From NCBI GenBank assembly GCA_965113315.1, contig OZ220377.1: 64,000 nucleotides of DNA, one strand, 5' to 3'. Source of the stretch: Podarcis vaucheri. Lineage: Eukaryota. Position 1 is the first letter of the stretch. Each line of letters starts with the position of its first letter. Both the position numbers and the translations under genes were made by a program. The notes below the pieces were generated by a model that was given only the letters and a program-made list of their open reading frames with translations, was not told the DNA's origin and searched no databases. Shown piece by piece: positions 38,018-53,000 of the stretch.

Positions 38018-41000
38018 TATTATTTATACCCCACCCATCTGGCTGAGTTTCCACAGCCACTCTGGGCGGCTCCCAATCTAATGTTAAAAACAATACAGCA
38101 TGAAGGTAAAAGGCTGCAGTGAGAAAACTTTCACCAGTAATTCAAAAAGGAAGGAGCCATTGCTTTCCCTTGGGATGGGCAAGACATGAGATCAAGGCAA
38201 CAGGAAGCTTCAAAAAGACACCTCAGTGGGAACTGTGACTCCAAAGCAGAGGCAGCTAAATGATGATCTGAGGTCACGCTCTGGTTTGCTTACAGGGACC
38301 TAGAAACCTGAGACGCTGCACCTACTCAGGCCATTTATGTCAAGAGCTTTGGCCTCCCCCTCACGGTGCCAGCCAGGCACTGCATGGCCTTCTATTGTCA
38401 TAGTTATTTCCCTTCATGTGCTACCTCTTTTTCAAACCACTACTTTGGGGGTAAATACCTGTCCTTTTGGCTGATCCACCTGCTTCAGGGACTTGCTCTT
38501 CTCAATCTTATACAGCTGGGCTTTTGCTTTCTTGAGGAGGCTGGCCACCCTCTTGTCAGTCATTGGAAGTTTGTCTGCATGAGCCAGCACTGAGCTGATG
38601 GAGGAATGTTTCACAATGTTGACTGAAGCAGCAGCTGGGAGACGCAGGGATTCTTCCTTTTCCATGGAAGGAGCAGCCAATCCAAGTTCCAGACTGGATT
38701 TCTCTAACCCCCCTCGGCCTTTCTTGGGCAGTTTGGTCTTGATGATGGCTGCTGCTGAGTCTACAAGAACCACAGCAGGCACATCTGCTGCTGGATCAGC
38801 AGCCGCCAATTTCTTCCGGCCTGCAGTTTTTTTGGCAGAAGAGGAAATGGCTACATCTTCACGGACAACTTTTCCTTTGGAAACTCGAGTCAGTGGGAAC
38901 AAAGTTGAGCTGCTCTGAATCTCTGGAGCCTTTTTCCTTTTCTCTTTCCTGGACTCCCGCTTATTCTCTTTCTCCCTCTCTCTATCCCTCTCTCTGCTCT
39001 TCTCCTTCTCAAGACCTTTGTCACTTTCTTTATCTTTGGATGGTTCCTCACTGGAGGTTTTGTCTCTGTTCTTGCCCCTCTCCGTTTGGGGACTTGGTGT
39101 GAACCATGGAAAGAGGGGAGTGGGGCTCCCGGATGAGAAAGGCTCAGCCGGAATGCTTGCCTGCTTCCTCGGTCTCTGGCTTTTCTCTGCCGACTCCCCA
39201 GGATGGGAGAGAGAATGGGCAGGAAAAGTAAAAGTGGAGTTTAAGGCACTGGTGGTAAGGGAACCCACAGGAATGCTTGTCAGCGAGGAAGAAACTGATG
39301 AGGATGGAGTGAGAGTGGACAGGTCAGAGGTGCTTAGTCTTCCACTTCTCGTCCTCATGGAGTGCGAAGGAGATCTGGGTTCTGATCGAATTGGGCTGAA
39401 CCCTCTCTTCTTCCGCTTCTTCGAAGAGGATGCTGCTGCAGTGCTTCCTGCTGCCGATCGACTAACAGAAGAAGGCAAAGTTACAGACTCAAAGATGCGT
39501 GAGTGGGCCTCACTTGGGGTGAACCTTGGAGCTCGTAGCAAGGGGCTCCTTTTGTGTAGGTCAAATCTTGTTCCAGAGTGAAGAGGAGAAAACAAGCGGG
39601 CTGGAGCTGCAGCTCCAGGCGTTGAAAAACCAGAGGCAAAGCCAACATCCTCAGGGGTCAGTGGAGGAGGCCTGAAGTTATCAAAGATGGGCTTGCGGAT
39701 GAGACCTTCTTTGGCATACTTGGCTGAGGAAAAGTACTGGGGTTCGGACCGAGAGTGCTTTAGAGAGGTCCAACGGAATGTTGGCTCTCGAAGAATCGAC
39801 TTCCGCTTTTCTTGCATGGGAGCAGCTGAGGAGGGCAGAAAGGGCGATGCCAAAGGGATGGTGGGGGGCATAAGCCAAGGGGCATGGTCTGAAATGCCAG
39901 CAGCTGGCTGGAGCGGTGGCGGCGGGGTGAGAAGCGGTGGAGGAGGAGAGGAAGACGATGACTGCTGCTGCTGGGACACACTTTGGAGGCTGGGCAGTTT
40001 TTTAGCTGCTTTGGGCACAAAATTTCTCTCTGCCATAGAAAACCTCCTCCTCCTCCTCTCGCCACTCTCGTTATCAGGGGAAGGGGATGTGGGCAACGGA
40101 GGGTGAACTTCTGGAGTATTGCTGCGTTCTTCAGATAAGGCCTGCATCTCTTCAGAGGCCTGAGAATCTGTGGACGTGTCAACACTGGGACTGCTGGACC
40201 GTGAGGAATCTGAAGACACCTGAGAGGAGTGCTGAGAGGCGCCGCTGGACTTCTCACTGGACCCACAAGAGGGAGCACTGAAGCGGCTATTTGGTGTGGA
40301 TTCCGGACGGGCTATTTTGATTGGTGGATCATAGTCTTCATCTTCAATGAAGCGCTTGGGAGTTTTAATGATCCGCGAAGAGATCGCACTCACCACTGGC
40401 ATGATGAACTGCCGGATGTTTTTGAGCTGCGTCCTCCCCTTCCGACCTTGAAGCTTTGCTGCTTCTTTCTCGATCTTCTTCTGGGCCCCCTTTTTAGCCC
40501 TCTGCAAGAGTTGCTTGGCAATCGTGGCATCTGTCCTCTTGGAGGAAGGGATGATCCTCACAGGCCTGCGGGGGCTCTGCCTCACAGCTGGCTTCTCATC
40601 CTTCGACAGGGGCGAGACTCCATCTTTCTCCTTTCGCACCTTCTGGGCCTTCTCTAACGGAGAACTCACAACTAGATCCGGTGCGGTCTTCAAGCGATCA
40701 GAAGATGGTGGCCTTCCTCTCCTGCGTACAATCTGAACCCCTTTTCTTCCAATCTGGAGCTTTCCAGATTTGAATTTAGACTTCAGTGGAGAGAGTTTTC
40801 CTGCTCTTAGTTTCTTAATTTTTGCAGCATGCTGAAATGTAGTGGAAGGCGCTCGCTTTATTTTCTTTAGATTCTCTTTTTCCTCCTTGCCTCCTTTCTG
40901 AGCATCTGGAATGACCTCTTTGCGGGTGATCTTGAACTTCACACTGCTAAGTGCAGGAGGCCTCCCTCGTCGCTTTTCTGCACTTTTCAATTCTTTCCTC

Positions 41001-43951
41001 TTTAATTTTTCCATGGAGATGGGTTCTGGTTTGCTTGAAGGTGAATACACAGGTGAGGACTCTGAGAGCACAACTGAACTTCGGTCTGAGCTGTTTCGGG
41101 GTCTCCCACGAGGTTTGCGTGCGCTAGGCTTGGCTGAGGCTGCAGGTAAAGTGAAGGAAGGGGAAAGAAAGTGCACATTCAGCTTCTCTGCAAGATGGGA
41201 ATAAGGGTGTGTGTTTCAAAGTCACACAATATGCAAACAGGCTACTGAAAGCAAAGAAAACAAAAGTTTTTAAACAAGCATTATATATAATGCTTGTTAA
41301 CTGCTGGAACCAATAGCTTCTGCTACAGGAAAAGGATTTCTCTCCAGTTGACTGTTAAAGTACTGTAAGTTTTCCCCACCATGAAAGCTAGTAGCTCTGG
41401 AGATTAGTTGGTCAGTTCCACTTGTTTCTTTCCAAAAATGTAGACTAAGGATAGTATTCAGGATAAACCAAATTGAAAGCCCACTATGTATTGTTGCATT
41501 GTTTACTTTTAAAACGTTGCTCATGTTAAAGACAAATGAGAGGTATTATACAATATGCACTTAATTTGACACCTATTTAAGTACTCAACCCATCAATCCT
41601 TGCAATCCAAAGCCCCCCCCCCATCCCTGTAGCAGAGCTTAGTCACATCCCTACAGATAAGGTGGAAAGAGATAACATGTGTTACCTCAACGGTTTGCAG
41701 CACTAGTGCAGTCTTCAGAACAGGCCCATGTAGACCGTTTTAAGAAAAAACTCCCATGAACCTGACAAGACAGTAGCAAACTGAACATACCTGTGGGAGA
41801 TTTGGTGGGACTTTGTCCTTTGGCCTCATCATCTGAACCAAAGCCTATGAACTGCTCATCCTGCAAAAGAGAGAGAGAGGCAGTTTAATAGACTAGAAAT
41901 ATCTACAGCAATGCTGATTGCTTGGTCCCAGGTAAGTGGAGGATGAAAATAAGTAGTAACAAGCCCCACGGGGTGGGGGTGGGGTGCTAGAGTACCACCA
42001 ATGTAAGGCTATCAGTGGCTACTGGTCATGATGGCTGTAGACTACTTCCAGTATAGGAATCAGCATACTTTTGAATACTAGTGTCTGGGCAGCTGAAGAG
42101 AGTGAAGAGAGTGCTGCTGCTGCGCTTATGTCCTGCTTCCTGATGGACTTTGCATAAGAATCTAGTTGGCCCCTGTGAGAATTGATGTTCTAGATGAGCC
42201 TTTGGTCTGATCCAGCTGCAGGGCTCTTTTTGTGTTCTTAATGCGCACTCAGCTATATATGATAATGAAACTGTGTCTTACAAACCACAAGGGAAATGCT
42301 GGATAAAATCTAGGACTGAAGGGCAGGACATGAAAACGCATGAATGAAACTGAAAAGCACCACACAGAGGCTGCCCTCTCTGGAAAGGCTATCTGACGAT
42401 CACCGGCCTATGACCACTTCTGCTGGATGGACCACATGGCAGCCACACTCCTCTTCTACAGTAACCACTTATGCTCACCAGCACAGAACTAAATGATCAA
42501 ACTCACAGCCACAAGGTATGGTGTTGGCCACATCCTAAACAGGATCATACAAACTCATTGAGGAGGGAAGGCTTATCAACAGCTACTAGTCAGGATGGCT
42601 AAAATGGAACCTCTGTGTCCCTGGATGCCAGGTGCTGAGAAACAATCAAGAGGGAGAGGGGTGGAGCTGCTCCTTGGATGTGGGTTCCCAGGAGCATCTA
42701 AATGACTGCCAGTTACTATTATGCCAGACTAGATCCAATTATTGTGGCCTTAACCTGAAGCTAAAAGGACACCAGCCATCCCATCCTGCAGGTGCTAGTT
42801 CTCCCAAATTTCAGGGGTGGGGGAACTCCTCTACTTGCCTGTGACATTAAACACTGATAACTGCCGGCATCTTGAGTAACAACATCAGTCTATTGTTTAT
42901 TTCCAAAATGCCTGACACTGTGCCGGGCAGGGGCCTTTGGGGAAACACAGCATATCCTTCTGCCATCTGCCAAAAATGAGACAGGCCACCCAAGGTCAGT
43001 ATAGCAGGGAAATCCCTGTACCAACTGCGACAAGGATCCTCCTTTCCCCAAGTGTAGCTCCCTAAGCAGGAAGTGGCAACTGTTCAATTATCTGAATGGA
43101 AAGAGGTGTGCTTTGGGACAAATAAGGCAGCTGACAAACCTTGCTGGCTCTGCTCATGTGTGGTCCCAGTTGCTTCCCCCATAAACCTTAATGGAAGAAT
43201 CAACTGCAGGATTCAAACTGGATGGGAAGAGTTCACCGCTGGCAACCATTCCAAGCAGAACACCATACACAGGGTGAAGTGGCAGGAGGGTCCCCTCTAC
43301 CTCAAGCAGAAAGAAGCCACTATGGCAGCAGGACCCGGATAGCCTAAACTGGAAGTGCCATTCCTGCTTGATAGGTCTGACAGGAGGAGGGCTGGAACTA
43401 CACCCCCAATGAAAGAAAGAGAGGAGGAGGCACCTGTGGCAGCCTTTGACTCATACAGTGGTACCTCAGGTTACATATGCTTCAGGTTACAGACTCCGCA
43501 AACCCAGAAATAGTACCTCGGGTTAAGATCTTTGCTTCAGGATGAGAACAGAAATCATGCTCCGGCAGCGCGGTGGCAGCCGGAGGCCCCATTAGCTAAA
43601 GTGGTGCTTCAGGTTAAGAACAGTTTCAGGTTAAGAACGGACCTCTGGAACGAATTAAGTACTTAACCCAAGGTACCACTGTATTCCAAGCTCTTTACAG
43701 CTATCAAGCCTGGAGGCTTATGGTGATCACTTAACTCAAGGTCATCCAGAGGACCAGCCTTCATTTTTGTGTGTGCACTCCTTCAGCATACTTTTTTGGG
43801 GTAAATGGAGTACCCTGGCTTTGCCCAGAACCACAGGTGTTGCTTTCAGTTCTCCATGTTTAAACTATAGCAGGTCACCCTTGCAATCTGTTCTTCCCAG
43901 GGAATGCAGATCATTCCATTGCCACCTAAGGGTATGTGCACAAGCATACCA

Positions 43952-44020
<69 letters not shown>

Positions 44021-47000
44021 GTACTTGATATAGGAAGAAACATTAATTCTGGGAAGAGCTGTGCTACAGGCCATAGCTAGGAACAGCTGATTCAAGATGA
44101 GAGTCATCTGCTGGAAGTCAGTTCTAGAAAAGCAACTTGAGGAACAGCTGCTTTTTGGCTGCCTTTCTTCAACATTCACAACACTGGACTGCAAAGCGGT
44201 GGCTTGTTTTTCAGCATTACGTCAAGCAGCAAATTCTCTTACTAGAATTGGCAGGAGGGAGGGGTAGGATGTGTACAGAAAAGCAGGGAACATGCCTGCA
44301 GATTTCTCTAAAGCAGAATATTTCATGAAAGATAAATTCAGCTGCAGCCTCTGCATCTGAGCTGAATCAAGCAGAGCTGCGTAAAGAGAATTGCTGTGGT
44401 GAAAGCGCATCACTCACAGGCCCTGGTTTTGCACACAGCACTGCAAAGAGCAGCAGCTTCATCATATCTCCTCTGCCAGCCACTCCCCTTGGACACGTGG
44501 GGCTCCCTGCAAGAAGTAAACAATGTTCGGCTGAGGAAGGACTGAGGCTTCCTCTACAGAGCTGGCCGAAAATTACAGCTGGTTAATATCAACAGAGACT
44601 GCTCTGCAAAGCACAAGGGTAGCCTTTGTAGCTACTAAGCTGGGAGAAAGATCCATGGACAAGCAAGCAGGGAGAGAAGTTTGGGCATGTGACCAAAGCT
44701 TCAATTCTTCCACTTCCCCCTTCCTAGAAAGCAAGCACACCAGTCTCAGGCATCCTGAAAGGAACAGCAGCCTTGACTAACAGCTGGAAAGCCAAAGTTG
44801 GGCTCTAACCAGCTTCAAGGGAGGCAGTTCAAAAAGATCCAAGGCTGTAATCCTCCAGCCACTCTTTGCAATGATTTCCTGCTGTTGTGAGTCCAACTTA
44901 ATGAGGAAGAGAGGGAGGCAGAAAGGCAAAGCAATTCCAGACTACCTAGGGATGAAATCTGGGTATCCCAGTTCTCAGCTCTGTCTCAAAACACTTCAAC
45001 AACACTTTGTGCCTTCATATTTCAGCAACTCATCTTAATCCCTCTAAGCAACAAATTCTGGATCACAACCGCATCTCACTGAATTTCTGGCCTGCGGTAC
45101 TGTTCCATGCTCAGCCACTGAACTCTTTTCTGTTTTGATCGCCAGCCACCAAGAAGCAGAACCTTAAGTCTAGTTGCAGCTTTCTAAATTAAGAATGGGA
45201 TAGATAGGTGTTTGAACAATTGAAGAATGCAATGTAAGGGCATATATTTAAACTGTTATATAAATTATGATATAGCATTTGGCCAGACCATATAGAAATC
45301 TTTCCTCGAGAGCCCTGTCAACCAGCTTGAACATAATCATTTTTATGCATAAGTCTTCTTCTTATTCTACTGGGTACAAAATGATCCCAAAGTGAAAGTT
45401 TGATATTTTTCTTCTTTACCATTAAGCATCCCACACCTAAGCTCTGTAATATACAACCCCATTATACATTTTTTGCATGATTTCATTGGTGTAGGTTGTT
45501 AAATACTATGACCTTATCTAACAGAGATCCTTTTGGAAAGACTCTTTCTCTTAAGCTTGTATATTAAAAGTGCACCAGAGTTGCCCCCTTCTTATTTATA
45601 CCAAGCTGTGTGGGAAGCAGCTTCCCCATGGCACTATTCCACTGCCCGTGGTGGTGTATGTATGAAAACATCACAAACCTGTCAGTTCCCTTCTATCTGA
45701 TCAGCTGGTGAGAAATAGACAATAGACCAAAAACAAAACAAAACAACCCCTCCAAAAAAACCCAACCCAGAAAACATTCCTTGACCTAACCTTTCCTTCC
45801 ATGGTTCCTTATATCCCCCTTTCCTCATGTTTTTTCAGTTCACCTTGTCTATCGCAACAACTTTTATATACTTTATTATTTCTTACTCTGCTGAAAATCT
45901 TCCCATCCTGCTAGGTAAATTGTTTACTTATAGTACTTTCCCATATATTCCATAAACAACATCTAGTCCTCTTTATAGATTTTGCCATTTTGGTTTCTTA
46001 TTCTAGTAGTCATCCCTGCTAAGCTCTGCATATAACAGTTTAATGTGCCATTCACTCAGCAGTAGGTTAGAGGGCCGAACACCCTCTTTTACAAAATATG
46101 AAAATGGAGATTCGTCAGCTTCTGTCTGATGTGACAGATTCTTTCACTTTCAAGGGGCCTTATATAATAATTCCTGTCTTGGGTGAAGCCAACATAGCCG
46201 TGGATTGGGTGAAGCTGCAATTTTCTTTTAATTAGTCAAGAGCTTCATGGTCTGAGTATACGGAGGTTGCACTCCTGGATCTCAAAGCCTTTTTCGGCAG
46301 CCACTCAAGTCACCAGGCTTGAAAAGAGTCTCCCTTCTTTCCCTTCCCTTCCCTTGTAAGAGACAATTCCTCCATCCCTACCCACAAGCATCTCCAGTGG
46401 GAATCTAGTGAACGATGACTCAGGAGCCAGTGATTTAAGGTGGAAAAATTCCCAGTGCTTTTATTTTTCCACAGAAACTCTTCCGTTTCATAAGTTCACT
46501 ATTAACAATGAACAGATGCCAACTGCGAACAAAACATTAGGCAAGATTGACAGTTTCAACATTTTTAGCTTTGCTTACTAAACACAAGTAAAACAGACAT
46601 GCTGAATTTGATTAGTCTCTATGGCATCAGAAAATTTTCTGATTCCAACTGATTTTTTTTCTAATGCAAATCACCTTATGCAAATCTGGGTAATTTGTAC
46701 AGGATTTCCCCCCCAGAAAACTCAAATCACTCCCAGGGACTGTTGTGTCTTCTTACAACTGAGACAAAAGTGGAACCCATCTAGCTATGTTCCTTAAGCT
46801 TTAAAACAGGACAACTGTAGAAGGCTCTCCACCCTATCTGAGTGACCCAACAGGAAAATAAAGTCAATTGGGATTACAAAATGGTTGAGTATATATCATG
46901 CTGACCCCCCCAAGTAGGTTAGAAATGGAAAAAGAGATTGCAAGTCTGTAAGGCTTTGGGAGGGTTTAGAAAAACAACATGGCCCAAGCTGAGCTTTGCA

Positions 47001-50000
47001 GACAGACCAGAAGCACTCCGTGTTTAAGCAGGCCATAGATTTGCTGAAGAAAGCCAGTCCAAGTTACCAGAGAAACAGGTGCATGAGACAAGGATCTTAT
47101 TGTGCCAGCACTTAGAGGATTTATCAGTTTCAATGTAAAAACATTCCCTCAACATACCTTGGCTTTTTGTTTCTCCTTCAGGAGCCAAGAGGAAAATGCA
47201 GCATCTTCTATATTAGATGAAGCAGCAATGAACCTAACTGACAGAGAAGCTCCAGAAAGAACAGCCTTTGCAGTAGCAGCAGCATTGCAACAGGGAGCCT
47301 GCTTCCTACCTACTTAAGAAGCTGGGGCTATGATATGGGCCTGTGCTAGAGCAGAAGCCAGGCAGCCCAAGGAAAAGAGATGGGGAATAAGTAGGCTACA
47401 CTGCTTTATAGCCCCCACAAGTCATGACTCCAGTTTGGGTGCTGTCCCTTCCTGCAGAAAGTGTCAGTTGGGAAGGGCTTTCCCTCACCCTTCTCATATC
47501 TTTTGGCATTATTGTCTTCAGATTTCCCCATTTTCTGAGGTTCTTCATCCCAGCTTTTGACACCTGAGGTGTACATTTTAGGACACACATTATTTCTGTA
47601 ATTTTAAGTTGTTTTAAATTATTTTTAACATCGTGTTTTAATAGCTGCAATGAAGATGGGTAATAAATTATAATGCTAATAATAACAGCATGCAAACCTT
47701 TCACTAATTAAGTTTTTTTCAGATGATTCAAATAGTTATGCAGAAATGATAATTCTCCCAAGATCCATCTAGAGTCCTGGCAGACTTTCCTCTCTTAAAG
47801 GATTAACTTCCATCACAAAGGATAAGTCTTCTTCCCTGTTTCCTGATTTCTAATCTTTATGTATCACTTTTTGGTGTAAGTGGATAAAAGGTAGGAAATA
47901 AAAGAAAACCACCCTAAATATTTTTTTAAAAAAACTATAAATAATAAAAACAAAGATCAATAGCTAAATACAAATAAAGAGAGTGTGCGTCTTTAAATGG
48001 TATTTGGGGGCCAATCCAAAGCTTCAGAGATCCAAAGATTCCTGGTTGCAGCCCAGGGGCTTCTGTCAACCCAAAACAACTGCCCCCACTTCCTGTCCCC
48101 AGGTTCCCAACTAACTGTGCAGCCACAAAAGAATGCCAAAGCCACAGCAAGGAACGCAACTTATATATAAATGACATACACAGTGGAGCTCCATCACTTG
48201 AAATAGACAACAAGCAGCCAAGACTAATAACAAAGTAAGAATAATGTTAAGTCTTCTATCAGAACCCTTACACTTCTAGACTCCCCCTAGAGTCCAGACA
48301 CAAACATACCCCAGGAACCTCATTCAACAGGGACTGCAAGGATAAGGGGTCCCACAGGTGTGCAAAGGAGTGCGGAGCCAGTGTTTAAAAAGCTTACGCA
48401 TTTATTCCCAGGCGTTTACAATAAAATTTAAAATACATAAACATCAACAATACAGTATTCAAGAAAGGCAATACAAAACAACATGTTAACACAATTCAGC
48501 TATCACCTATCACCCTGAAAAAGCATCAGAGAGGGAAACCATCATACCAATGGCTAAATTATCATTTCAATAAAATGATAAGAGAATCAGATATTGGCTG
48601 CTTATTGTCTATGCCAAGTTAAAGCCTGATAAAGCTTTTTTTTGGGGGGGGACACTGTTATTATGATTATTTTATTATTATGCTGTTTATTATTATACCT
48701 TTTGTTATGTTTTTATTTTTACGTTCCATAAAATGTTTTCTTAATATTGTACACTGTCCTTGGATCTTTGGATAAAGAGTGGTATATAAATTGAATTAAT
48801 CATCATCATCATCCTGGGATAGCTCAGTGAGTAAAGCATGAGACTCATCTCTGCGTTGTGGGTGGGCTAGATGACCCTCATGGTCCCTTCTAACCCTATG
48901 ATTCTAATAAGCTGGGCATCTGGCAGAATTTGTGGAGGGTGTTCCACAGATAAAAATGTTCTAGCTTCTGTTGCCTTCCCAGTCTGTGTGACAGACAGTC
49001 ATGCAATGGGTGCAGCAATCTGCAGCATGCAGACAGAGTAATAGAAACTTCTGCATTTGTTACTTCTCTACCTGTCATGCAGCTTTCAAGAGCACAGCAC
49101 AGGAATCTTGCAAGACCAATACTGCTGGTGAGCCCATTCACCTAAACCCTTCCACAACTGGCACATTTCAACAAAAGCTGTGCCTCTGCTCTTGTGATAG
49201 TTAACAAATAAGGAACCAGCACCCCCTACAGCTGCCATGTGCTAAAGAGGAAAAAACTCCACCAGCCCAGGCCAAGGAGGGTCTGCATATCCTGATTAAC
49301 ATCTTGCATCAGCCATGATGAAGGACACCCCACCCAGAGAATCTAAAGGCAGAAGACCCAATGACACTTGGGACACCTTCTCCCCTGCTCCAGCAGCAGA
49401 GACAGTGATGAACCTGAACTGAAGGCAGAGCAAATGGTTCAACACATCTAGCAAAATGAGATCAACCATCCCTGGGCCCTACTCAGGAGGACAAAGGGAA
49501 AAAACCTGAAACATACTCCAGATCTAGAGGGCAGCTATAATAACTATTGCATGCTGCCGCAACACCCTTTTCTTTCTCCAGCTTGAATCCTTGGCTGGAC
49601 AGCTCCCTGCCTGCTTTGGCACACCTTGCCTTCATTGCCTGACCAGCTTCCCAGTCTCATCATATGACAGGAAATCCATCCACCCCACTCATGGTTGCTG
49701 AGGAGACAGCAATTCAGTCCCCTCCCAGCCATGTCCAGCCCAGTAACTCCTGGTGTGATAATTAACGTAGCAGCTGGGCTCAGTTCTGGAGGGTCCTAAC
49801 AGTGCTTTGAGAAAATCGTCAGCAGACATTGGTAATTATCCTAACAAAAAGGGTATGTCAATGAACCGGATGTCGGGACTGGGTATCTTGTGGCATGAAT
49901 GAGTCAGTTATCTGAACAGGGCTACTGGAGAGTAATTCTAGTTGCTGCACTGTCTGGTATGAGTCTAACCCAGCAGACCGGTACCAGGAATTGAACCCAT

Positions 50001-53000
50001 GATCTCATGTATGCTAACCAGTGCAATGCCACAACATAGGCACTTTTAAGATTGGGGTGGGAGACATCTCATGGATGGAGTGGGGGGTAGGAAGTGATAC
50101 GTGCCAGGAGCTTGGCCCCAGAAGATCAAAACGTCCCAACCATAGGGTTTTTTTTTTTATTTACAGGCTCCTGCATTGAGTACGGCAGGGATAGCCAATG
50201 TGGTGCCCTCCAGATATTGCTAGACTCCCAACTCCCACCAGCCTCACTCAGCTTAGCCCATGGTCAAGGATGATGAGAGTTGTAGTCCAACTAATGTCCA
50301 GAGGGCATTGTTGGTTATCTCTGGGTTAGGTTATCCCTCTCTGGTCCAGGAAGCCCCAGCCCTAGTCCTGCTACCTCACCCTTTTCCACATCTAAAGTTA
50401 CTGCTGCTCACAAGGGGGAGCTTTCCCCCTTGTGGAGGTCACAAACCCATTGCTCCTGGGCAGCTCAAAGGGTGGCCTCCTGTAAGCTTGCTGATATAGC
50501 TTCCATTCTTGTTTGTCTGCATGGCTCTTCTTTGCCAAAAACACCCCCTCACCTCACAATACAAACATATCTTGTGAAGCATTACTTGTGTTGCCTGTGT
50601 AGTATTGCTGGCCCCATAGCAAGACTTAACCTTACTCCTGGGAAGCCTCTTATTGCTGAGCACTGGGATGCCTTTACTGGAGGAGGTGATCTATTTCTGG
50701 GAACTAGAATATGACTATGGGGTGGAAAGAGTGCTTCTGCTGGTTCCTGTAAGTTGATTGGTGCATTGTGTGCATTGCTAATGAGGGGATCTCATCACCA
50801 ATTGATGGACGGCACCAGAGCTTTTACGGATACTCTGGGAGTTGTGTCAGTGTCATTACATTTTTGTTTTTGTTTGCACAGTTGTTGTTGTGCCACTGAT
50901 TGTTGTTGTGCTACTGACTAGACATAGAAACATAACTATATTAAACCAGCACTGAGTTTAATGTGCCGAGTTTAACTCTTTCCCAGAAGAATCTCATGTA
51001 GCAGAAGCACAGAATGGGAGCCCCTACCCATTATGTCCTTGAGAAATTATTTTGGGGGGAAGGGGGGGGGAACAGTCTTTTGGCTTTCTTAGTCTCCAGT
51101 AATGCTGTTTAAGATAAGACAAGATACTCTTCATGTTGGATGTTTTTATTTTGAGCAACTCCTAAGTTTTACAAATAAATAAATTCCTCTTTCTTCAAAG
51201 GTGCTCTATTAATTTAACTCCAGCAAAGTCCTATTGGACAGAGGTAGCACCTTTCATTTGTCTGCCATAAAGCACTGTTTTTGCAGAAGTCAATATAAGC
51301 CCAAGTGATAAAGACTGACTTGGCAGTCACATATTCTCCTGTTCCCCAAGTGCCAAGATCTTCTTTGGAAACAAAGTCTGCAGAGTCGGAGAAGGTGTTT
51401 TGTACACAGCAAGCTTCGAGGTTCCAGGGAAGACTGGGGGCTGATGTTTTACTAACAGGAGCCAAGAACACAGGAGCCAAGAGCTTAGCTTTTGAGGTTT
51501 AATTATGCAGGATACTGTCAGGTGGACTTTGGTAATATAGTGCCCTGAGCAGGGACAAAATCCCCCCCTAGTATTTCTTATTTTCACAAAAATTCCTTTT
51601 AGAACAGTTGCTTTTTAATGGATCTTCTCAATATTATTATTATTTTGCAATCCGTTGGCTTGGCACTCTAAGATAGCGAACTGGCTGCAGCACCCTAAAC
51701 CCAGAGCGGACGCCAGCTGAGAACATTATACTACCAGCTGACCAGAAGTACAACATACCAAGCAACAAAGTTGCTATGCCATCAGTGTAAAATGTACAAT
51801 TCTGAGTGGCAAAATTTCAAAATTATGAAAGGAAAATATATTCAAACACAGTTCTGACCATCCCTTCCTGCAAAGATTTCAATAAAGTTCTTTAGCTTGC
51901 CTCCTAAAAAATTATGATCCATTCACCATTACAGTGCAATAGCGATATCACTGTTTTAGGTTACTTGTTTCTTTGATATCCTGTCCTTCAGTTGAACTTT
52001 GAAGGGGGAATTACAGCATATAAGGATAATAAAAAAGAAAAACATAACAGCTGCAAAAAAATTAATAAGATTCCCAATGGAATAGCCTAAAAAGAAAATA
52101 GCATTAAAAGACCTCTGATGGGTACCAGAAAGGCAATTAAGATGTCATTTACATGCTAAGCTTCTTTCTCAAATACTTAAAACCCAGATGAAATAGCAAA
52201 AATTAATTTTTTCATCATTAAAGTTGTATGAAACAAGTTCAGCATTCTTAAACTTAAGGTTTAATTATGGGGGGGGGAATAAACAGATGTGGGTCATAAC
52301 ATCTGTTGCTGAAAGAGAACAGAAGATGCTCTGCTGCTCAGAGCACTTAAGTGGTCAATTCTCTGCTACATCACTGAAAGGCCTCAGAAAGGAAATAGGC
52401 TCTGCCACAACAAAAAATGCAAGACCATCAAAATCTCTGTCACCAAGGAAGGTGTGGCATACTGATATCAATATCAAATAATTTGAAATGAGTGGGACAT
52501 GCCCCCGTCATTCAAATCATTTTGCATGCAATTAATTTTAGAAAAGTTGTGACAACATCAAGCATCCCAGTGGCAACTTCAGTCTAAGTTTCTCCAAGTC
52601 CTACCTGAATAAAACAAATCCAAACTGGAAGATCTAAGATAATAAGTGACATATTTGCAATAAAGGTTCCTTATCAGGTTTGTGTCACTGCACTGATATG
52701 TACTGATTCACCTGTAAATAACTAGGGCTCCATATTTTACATGAGTAGAGGTCCTCATATTTTTTAAAATTACTACATCTACACAATTTGGTTAAATCAA
52801 ATATATTCTGTCTCTGAATAGGACCACTTTACTGAGCATATGTCCAAAATTTATTTTAAAAATGTAAAATGGATTAAAATATGTAACTGCCCTAATATGT
52901 CTCAGACAGGTTATTCCAGCTATCCTAATAGTAACACAGCTGTTTTAACAATGTTTTCACTTGAAAACCCCACTTTCCCAAAAAAGAGCAATGACTGAAA

